From the NCBI GenBank assembly GCA_000004985.1, contig GG738861.1: DNA of 64,000 bases; one strand, written 5' to 3'. Each line of letters starts with the position of its first letter. The stretch's first letter is position 1. Positions 57,889-64,000 of the stretch are shown here, one piece after another. This DNA is from Naegleria gruberi. Its lineage: Eukaryota. A model generated the notes under the pieces. The model did no database searches. It had not been told where the DNA came from and saw nothing but the letters and a program-made list of their open reading frames with translations. The translations under genes and the position numbers were made by a program.

Positions 57889-59928
57889 CTAAATATTCAA
57901 ATGTCTGTTGAATGTTGTTGGTTCATCTTGTTGTGCTTTGATATCATCATTAATATCATTGGTAGAATTTCCAATTATATTTGAATCAACTAGTGTTGAA
58001 GAATCTATAAAATCATCAAAATTCAATCTTCTTCTCACTTGATAAATATTGTCATCATTTCTATTTTCATTTAAATTATCATTTAAATTATTATCATTTA
58101 AATTAAATGATGAAAAATGATGAATCTTTTTCTTTTTTCTTTTAATTAAAGTAGGTGATTCTAAATTATCACAATTTCTCAAATCAACATGTTTCAAAGA
58201 TGAACATTTTAAAATTGGATTTTGTAAATGATGAGCACCTTGAAATGAAATGAATTGTAATGAATTAGATTGTATAGTTGGATTAATTAAATTATCACAT
58301 GTATTAACAGATAATTCTCTAATGGATGGACATGTTTCTACTATTTTAGTTAAATTATCATCATCTATTTTAGTCCATCCTAAATTAACTCTCTTTAATG
58401 ATTTTTTACTTAAATCAATTAATGAAAGAGATGAAATATTATAACAACCATGTAAATCTAAATCTTCTAATGAATAAGATGTAATTTTAGGATTATAAAT
58501 TAATTTACATTTCTTTGCTGATAATTTTGTAATTGGTGGTGGTGTTTTTAATTCATTAAATCCTATAAATGGTTGTGGTAAATTAAATATTCTTTCAATT
58601 GATTTATCATTAATTTTAGTATAATTTAATGATAATTTATCAAGTGATGGACAATTATTAGATGGAATATTAACATCTTCTAAATATGAACAAAAATCAA
58701 ATGATATACTTGTTAACATTTGACAATTACCAATTATAGGTTTAATTAAATTTTTACAATTTTCTAATTTTAATTCTTTTAATTGATCTAATTTTTGTTC
58801 ATTGGTTAATGATTTAATAGAATCATCATTTATATTAGTATAACTTAAATCTAATTCTTCTAATTTAGGTAAAACATTACAAACTTGTTTAATTGGTAAA
58901 TGAAATTGTTTAAAATTTTTACATCTTTGTAAATTAATTTTGTTTAAATTAATCATCTTTTTAGAAATTGAAATATTTGAAAAATCTAATAAATTAAATA
59001 AATTAATTGTTTTTAAAGTATTTGAATTTCTATCAATTAAATTACTAATAAATCTTTCATTAATACAAGGTGTACTTGTTATATTTAAATGTTCAAGTAA
59101 ATAACAATCTAATTTAATACCACCTGAACATTCTTGAATTGATCTACAATCTCTAATTTCTAATCTTTTTAAATTTTTACAAACTTGCATTGGATATTCA
59201 ATTTTAATAGAATATAATGATGAACAATGAATAATTGTTAATATTTCTAAATGTGTAAACTTTTCAAGAATTTTACAAAGTGTTTTAGAATCAAGTGCTT
59301 TACAAAATTCTAAACTTAATTCTGTAATTTTAGAAAATGGTGTTAATAATTTTATGAGTGGATTAATTTCTTCTTCTTCTTCAGGTTGATAATATAGATC
59401 ATTGAGTGAAGATGGAACACTTGATGAATGTAATCTTGTTGTTGTATTAGTATTAGTATTAGACATGGAATTATTATTAGTTGTATTATTAGTATTATTA
59501 TTAGTATTATTCAACTTGTTTAATCTTCTCATAGTTGACATTCTAGAAGCATAAGATAAATTTCTTAATGCTGGTTTGTTGTATGTTGATATTGGACTCA
59601 TCAGCCACTTGTCATCTTCAGAGTAAGCAACTCTATTTACAGTATTATTATTATTACATGATGTTGTTGTTGTATTATTATCAATACCTAATAATTTTAG
59701 GCTTTTAATAGATTTATAAATTGGTGATTGTAATTGTTTAGATATTAAAATCAAGTTTAAAAGCTTTTCACTTGTTGGAAAGAATGAAAAGATTTCAATC
59801 CATAAATCTTCAGGTAAGCTAGAGAAGGAATTAATTGTTGAGGTCTTGTTAGTAGTAGTTGACCATTGATGATTCGTAGATACTTGTTGTTGATTCAAGT
59901 CTTCATCAAATTCGAATAGTTGGAACAT
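57889..59928 (-). CDS. F-box-like / LRR protein
   Basis: LPEDLWIEIFSFFPTSEKLLNLILISKQL is F-box-like. N/T-rich linker. C-terminal Cys-containing LRRs (LxxLxLxxCxxI). Confidence 0.6.
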   Translation of the reverse strand: MFQLFEFDEDLNQQQVSTNHQWSTTTNKTSTINSFSSLPEDLWIEIFSFFPTSEKLLNLILISKQLQSPIYKSIKSLKLLGIDNNTTTTSCNNNNTVNRVAYSEDDKWLMSPISTYNKPALRNLSYASRMSTMRRLNKLNNTNNNTNNTTNNNSMSNTNTNTTTRLHSSSVPSSLNDLYYQPEEEEEINPLIKLLTPFSKITELSLEFCKALDSKTLCKILEKFTHLEILTIIHCSSLYSIKIEYPMQVCKNLKRLEIRDCRSIQECSGGIKLDCYLLEHLNITSTPCINERFISNLIDRNSNTLKTINLFNLLDFSNISISKKMINLNKINLQRCKNFKQFHLPIKQVCNVLPKLEELDLSYTNINDDSIKSLTNEQKLDQLKELKLENCKNLIKPIIGNCQMLTSISFDFCSYLEDVNIPSNNCPSLDKLSLNYTKINDKSIERIFNLPQPFIGFNELKTPPPITKLSAKKCKLIYNPKITSYSLEDLDLHGCYNISSLSLIDLSKKSLKRVNLGWTKIDDDNLTKIVETCPSIRELSVNTCDNLINPTIQSNSLQFISFQGAHHLQNPILKCSSLKHVDLRNCDNLESPTLIKRKKKKIHHFSSFNLNDNNLNDNLNENRNDDNIYQVRRRLNFDDFIDSSTLVDSNIIGNSTNDINDDIKAQQDEPTTFNRHLNI

Positions 59929-61180
59929 AATGTTAAGCTTAATGTGTAAGAGAGAGTAATTGACAACTAATGTTGTTGTTTCTTTTTTTTTGTAGTAGTA
60001 TAGATTAAAATTGTTGTGTGTGTAGAGAGTGTGTTGACAATGCTTTAGAATAAAATGTTGAAAGTGTTGTTGGTGTTGAAAATTGTAGTTTTTGGAGGGA
60101 AAATAGTTGTTGTATGGAGTGTGGTTAAAAATATTACAAAAGGAAGGTTATTGTATTAATATGGTACAATGGAATGTGTTGATAATTGACACAAATAGAG
60201 AATGGTAATATTCTGTATATTTACAATTATTATTAGCTTTCTTAGTTGTTACAAGATGATATCAATAGTTAGATCTAGATTATTTACAAAATATATTACA
60301 AGATGAAAGAGATGCTGATGAGTTTCCAATATAAATTAATTGTGTGTGATTACAACAAGGTCAGTAAATTAACGTCTTTTTTTTGATTTTGATTCTGCTA
60401 ATGTGTAACGGTCGTGACAGTTTGAATTTCTAACTGACAAAAATAGATTAGTTTTCTTATGAATATTAATTGGATCTTGTTGAATTTCCATACAACCGTT
60501 ACAAATCATTTTGATTTTTTAATATTCTCCAAATTTTTCATATTTTAAACTCCGAATCAACAAGTTATGCTTGTTATAATATGCATATGCTGTCTCCTTT
60601 TCATCATAATACGTCTTAATTAAATATTTAAATTCTCGACAAAGCATTTAACTGTTGTACAATATGATCATCTTTTCACAATTAATACATTAATAAATAT
60701 AATTCTAATTATTCATGCTATTCATAATGAAACCCTCTTCAAATTACAAATGATGAGAGAATGATGATGATTTACAGTGAAAGTTCCTCGCACACTTTAA
60801 TTTTACAACTTGTTGGATCCTTCCATTGAAGAGAGAAGCGAAATTTTCCAACGTTCATATTTATTGAAAAGAAAGAGCAACAACACAATAACACCTCCTG
60901 CTCTCTTTGTATTATCTATTTTACATCATTATTATCCTCTTCAATAGAGTGTGTTGAGAGTACCAATATAACTGTTTTTGTATTGATACATTCCTAATTC
61001 ATGATCTTGTAATAATTCATTCGGATCATCTAATTTTAACTAGTTGAAAAAGCTCTCCTTTTCATCATCAAGCCTTCATACTATTATTATACAAACACAC
61101 TAACTTAACAACAAACAATAACATAACAATTAAATACAATTAAATACAATTAAATATAATTAAATTAAATATATAAAAAA

Positions 61181-62248
61181 ATGGATAATCCAATATATAT
61201 AAAATTATTACAATTTAATAAAGTGATGGATACATTATCAGGTAGAGATAAAGTAACAAAAGCACTTCAATATGGAGCTAAAATAATATCCTATTCACTT
61301 GATTTAAAAAAACAATCAATTTTATCAAATTTAAATTCATCAAATATTTCAAATTTATTAGAAAATGAATTACTTGATTTGGATAAACAAAAAATATTTT
61401 ATACAAGATCTTTAAAAAGAGTTTCAAATTTTGAATCTTCTATCTCAGATGCTAGAAAAGTATTTAGATTTGCAAAATCAATTGGAAGTTTATTAGATGT
61501 TTATAAATTTATTATTAATTTATATAAATTTTATTTAAAAAAATATTTATTTAAAAATAATTTAAATAATAATAATAATTTAAATGAATTAAATAATTTA
61601 AATAATTTAAATGAATTTAAAGTTAAATGGATTGATTTTATAAGAATATTACAAAAATTCTTATTATCTATATATATATTATATGATCATGCTAGTTGGG
61701 CAGCTAAAGTTCAATTATTTTCAGATGTTAATGAATTAAATGCTTCACATTTATATCAAAAATTATTTAATAATTCACGTGCTAAAAATTATTCTGAAAC
61801 TTCATGTAAAATGTGGTTTATTGGAACTTTATTAACTTTAATTTCTGATTTTTATGATTATTTTGATATTTTTAATCAGGAAATTTCCATTTTAAGAGAA
61901 AAGAGTAATTCCATTTCACAATTAAATGAAGGTTTTATAAATTTAAATGATTTTATTGATCATGATAAAAAAACAAGTGCTGAAATTGCAATACCTTCAA
62001 ATAATAATTTAAATAATAATAATTCAACAATAACAAGAATTTCACAAATTGATGAACGTTTAAAAAAAGTTCAAGATAAAAAAGTTCAAATTACAAGAAA
62101 TTTAATGAAAAATACAGCTGATTTAATGGTTGCAGGTAATGGTGGATATAAAGTATGGTCATTGAATAATGGTATTATTGGTTTATGTGGTTGTATTAGT
62201 TCTTTTATTGGTTTATATGAAAGTTGGCCATCAAATGTTGTTAAATAA
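61181..62248 (+). CDS. Peroxisomal membrane protein PEX11-family
   Basis: N-terminus LQFNKVMDTLSGRDKVTKALQYGAKI (PEX11 signature region) and C-terminus ADLMVAGNGGYKVWSLNNGIIGLCGCISSFIGLYESW. Confidence 0.65.
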   Translation: MDNPIYIKLLQFNKVMDTLSGRDKVTKALQYGAKIISYSLDLKKQSILSNLNSSNISNLLENELLDLDKQKIFYTRSLKRVSNFESSISDARKVFRFAKSIGSLLDVYKFIINLYKFYLKKYLFKNNLNNNNNLNELNNLNNLNEFKVKWIDFIRILQKFLLSIYILYDHASWAAKVQLFSDVNELNASHLYQKLFNNSRAKNYSETSCKMWFIGTLLTLISDFYDYFDIFNQEISILREKSNSISQLNEGFINLNDFIDHDKKTSAEIAIPSNNNLNNNNSTITRISQIDERLKKVQDKKVQITRNLMKNTADLMVAGNGGYKVWSLNNGIIGLCGCISSFIGLYESWPSNVVK

Positions 62249-62306
62249 TAATTAAAATTTAATATAAAATTAATAATAAAATATTAAAATTAAAATAAAA
62301 TTAAAA

Positions 62307-63516
62307 TTATTTTCTATTAATTTTTTGAGCAATTTCTAAAACTTGTTTAAATCTTCTATAAACAGGCATATCAACCATTCTACCTTCAACTTGACAACTT
62401 CCACGATTATTTTCCTGAGCAGCTTTTTCATAAGCATCAACAATTAATTTTGCTTCTTTAATTTCCATTTCTGATGGACCAAATATTTCATTTAAAATTG
62501 GAATTTGATTTGGATGAATTGCGAATTTACCTTTCATTCCAATATTTCTAACTTCAATAGATTCTTCTTTTAATCCTTCCATATTTTTAAAATTAACATT
62601 TGGTGTATCAAATGATGGTATATTAGCTGCTCTAGCTGCTACCTATTAATAATATAAATTAAATTACAATAATATATATTAAATTAAAATTAAATATTAA
62701 TAATATTATTAAATATATTAATAAAATAAATATATTAATAAAATAAATTAAATATAAAAAAAAACATACAGCAATTGTAGATCTAACATAAAATAATTCC
62801 TTTTCAATAGATTGAGAAGTATTTCTAGTAAAACCCAAATCATGAGCATAATCATCAGCACCAAAAGCAACACCAATAATTCTATTTGGTAAACAACTAC
62901 ATATTTGGTAAGCATGTACTAATCCAATTGCAGATTCAATAGATGGTATAATTTTAAAAGTATATTGTTGTACTTTTAAATTATCTTCAATTCTAGTTAA
63001 AATTTCATCAATTTTAAAAATATCTGCAATTGAACTTGTTTTTCCAATATTAATTGCATGTACTATATTTGGTATACAAATAGATTCACAATCAATTTCT
63101 AAAAATTCATCTTCACTATTAACACGTGGTATTATTTTCATATTATTAGCATTATTATCTTGAGTATTAAAAGATAATAAAAATTCTCTAACCATCTTTC
63201 TAGCCTTTTCCTTTTCATGGTATGGAACTGAATCTTCTAAATCTGGAACAAATACATCTGGTTTAATAGAGAGTGAATGAATTTTAGATAACATTTTTTC
63301 ACTATTACCTGGAATGTATAATAAACTTCTCATAATTGGAATGTTATGTTGTTGTTGATGATCAATTGTTGTATTATTTAATGTTATTGTATTGGTTGTA
63401 GAAAAAAGTCTTCTTGATGTATTGTTATTATTAATGATGATACTATTCATAATTGATGAAGGCTTGTTGTTAATAATAGCCTTCGGAAAGGCTTGTTGAA
63501 AAAGAGGCTTGAACAT
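62307..63516 (-). CDS. Citrate lyase beta-like (CLYBL)/HpcH-HpaI aldolase-family protein, mitochondrial; exons 62769..63516, 62307..62642
   Basis: MRSLLYIPGNSEKM, DLEDSVP, IIPSIESAIGL, GADDYAHDLG, and a C-terminal exon with KFAIHPNQIPILNEIF. GTATGT..AG intron phase 0. N-terminal presequence. Confidence 0.75.
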
Positions 63517-63677
63517 TTTTTTGATTACATAATAATATTTGTGTAATGAACATAAATGGACTTCTACTTGATCAACTTTAGGTGTGCGTTCATGAGTTGT
63601 AAATTAAATGCTTAATGGAATGTGTACTTAGAACTATTCTCATCAATCACAAATATATAATAAATAATAAAAAAAAA

Positions 63678-63935
63678 ATGTCATCATCATCAATATCGGA
63701 ATTAAATTCATCATTTCTCAATTTACCATTAGAAATACTATCAGAAATTGCAAAATATTTAAAAGTAAAAGAATATCATGAAACAATGTTACTTTGTAAA
63801 CAATTATTTAAAATACTTTCAAGTGATTTGTGTTATTCTTATTTATTTAAAAAGGAAATTAATTTATTAACAAAAGTTTATTATTTTAATAATGTTGATT
63901 TTCCAATATGGAAAATCCAATTACTTCTCATATAG
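63678..63935 (+). CDS. F-box-like small ORF (possibly partial)
   Basis: MSSSSISELNSSFLNLPLEILSEIAKYLKVKEYHETMLLCKQLFKIL is F-box-like. Reaches the ORF stop near the window end. Confidence 0.3.
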   Translation: MSSSSISELNSSFLNLPLEILSEIAKYLKVKEYHETMLLCKQLFKILSSDLCYSYLFKKEINLLTKVYYFNNVDFPIWKIQLLLI

Positions 63936-64000
63936 AAATTATATATTCTAAATATAAAGATATAAATTCTAATTATAGAATTCATTATTAGAATTAAAAA

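Noticed and set aside
1-64000. Prokaryotic defence island / operon / CRISPR interpretation of the window
   Set aside because: Genes have spliceosomal GT..AG introns with AT-rich bodies and eukaryotic domain families (Rab, sirtuin, NAA10, PEX11, OTU, F-box), plus N/Q-rich low complexity. No repeat-spacer array, no Shine-Dalgarno-spaced co-directional cassettes.

Overview
The window is eukaryotic nuclear DNA and has no prokaryotic defence island, operon or CRISPR array. It is AT-rich (roughly 30% GC), and its genes carry short AT-rich GT..AG introns of about 45-190 nt. Many proteins have N/Q/S/T-rich low-complexity tracts and Dictyostelium-style EGF-like Cys repeats. Composition and gene content point to a dictyostelid social amoeba, although coding GC is somewhat higher than in D. 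discoideum. I count roughly 35 protein-coding loci. They are: a MoaA/MOCS1-like radical SAM protein, a divergent pair of ABCG-type genes (one lacking its ATPase core), a transglutaminase-like protein, TANGO2, a PAS-PAS adenylate/guanylate-cyclase-domain protein, a small RRM protein, a long-chain acyl-CoA synthetase, several F-box/LRR proteins, an EGF-like secreted protein, a sirtuin, an HExxH metallopeptidase, a PhoPQ-activated-pathogenicity-related (PqaA)-family alpha/beta hydrolase, a B-box/coiled-coil/Gly-rich protein, a SNF1/CIPK-like kinase, an ankyrin mini-protein, NatA catalytic subunit (NAA10), a Rab32-like GTPase, a MAP2K-like kinase (with an assembly gap), a 1596-aa secreted protein, cofilin/ADF, an OTU deubiquitinase, PEX11 and a citrate-lyase-beta-like (CLYBL) protein. 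Non-coding features are: a ~680-bp inverted-repeat (MITE-like) element between the ankyrin and NAA10 genes, a truncated tRNA-Glu-like element followed by a T4 terminator, two diverged direct repeats flanking a decayed ~1.8-kb segment, and GC-rich perfect palindromes in the cofilin promoter. The most interesting observations are: (i) a bacterial-type DUF1703/PDDEXK_9 nuclease-fold gene fragment; (ii) an orphan PAS-PAS-cyclase whose transition-state Asn/Arg are replaced; (iii) ABCG paralogs with an unusual TM-lumenal-TM N-terminal module, one copy NBD-less; (iv) the inverted-repeat element; (v) one-nucleotide frame breaks, at least six of which could be repaired by changing the length of a homopolymer run, in six genes, consistent with homopolymer sequencing error or pseudogenisation. 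All coordinates were derived by eye and may be off by a few nucleotides.
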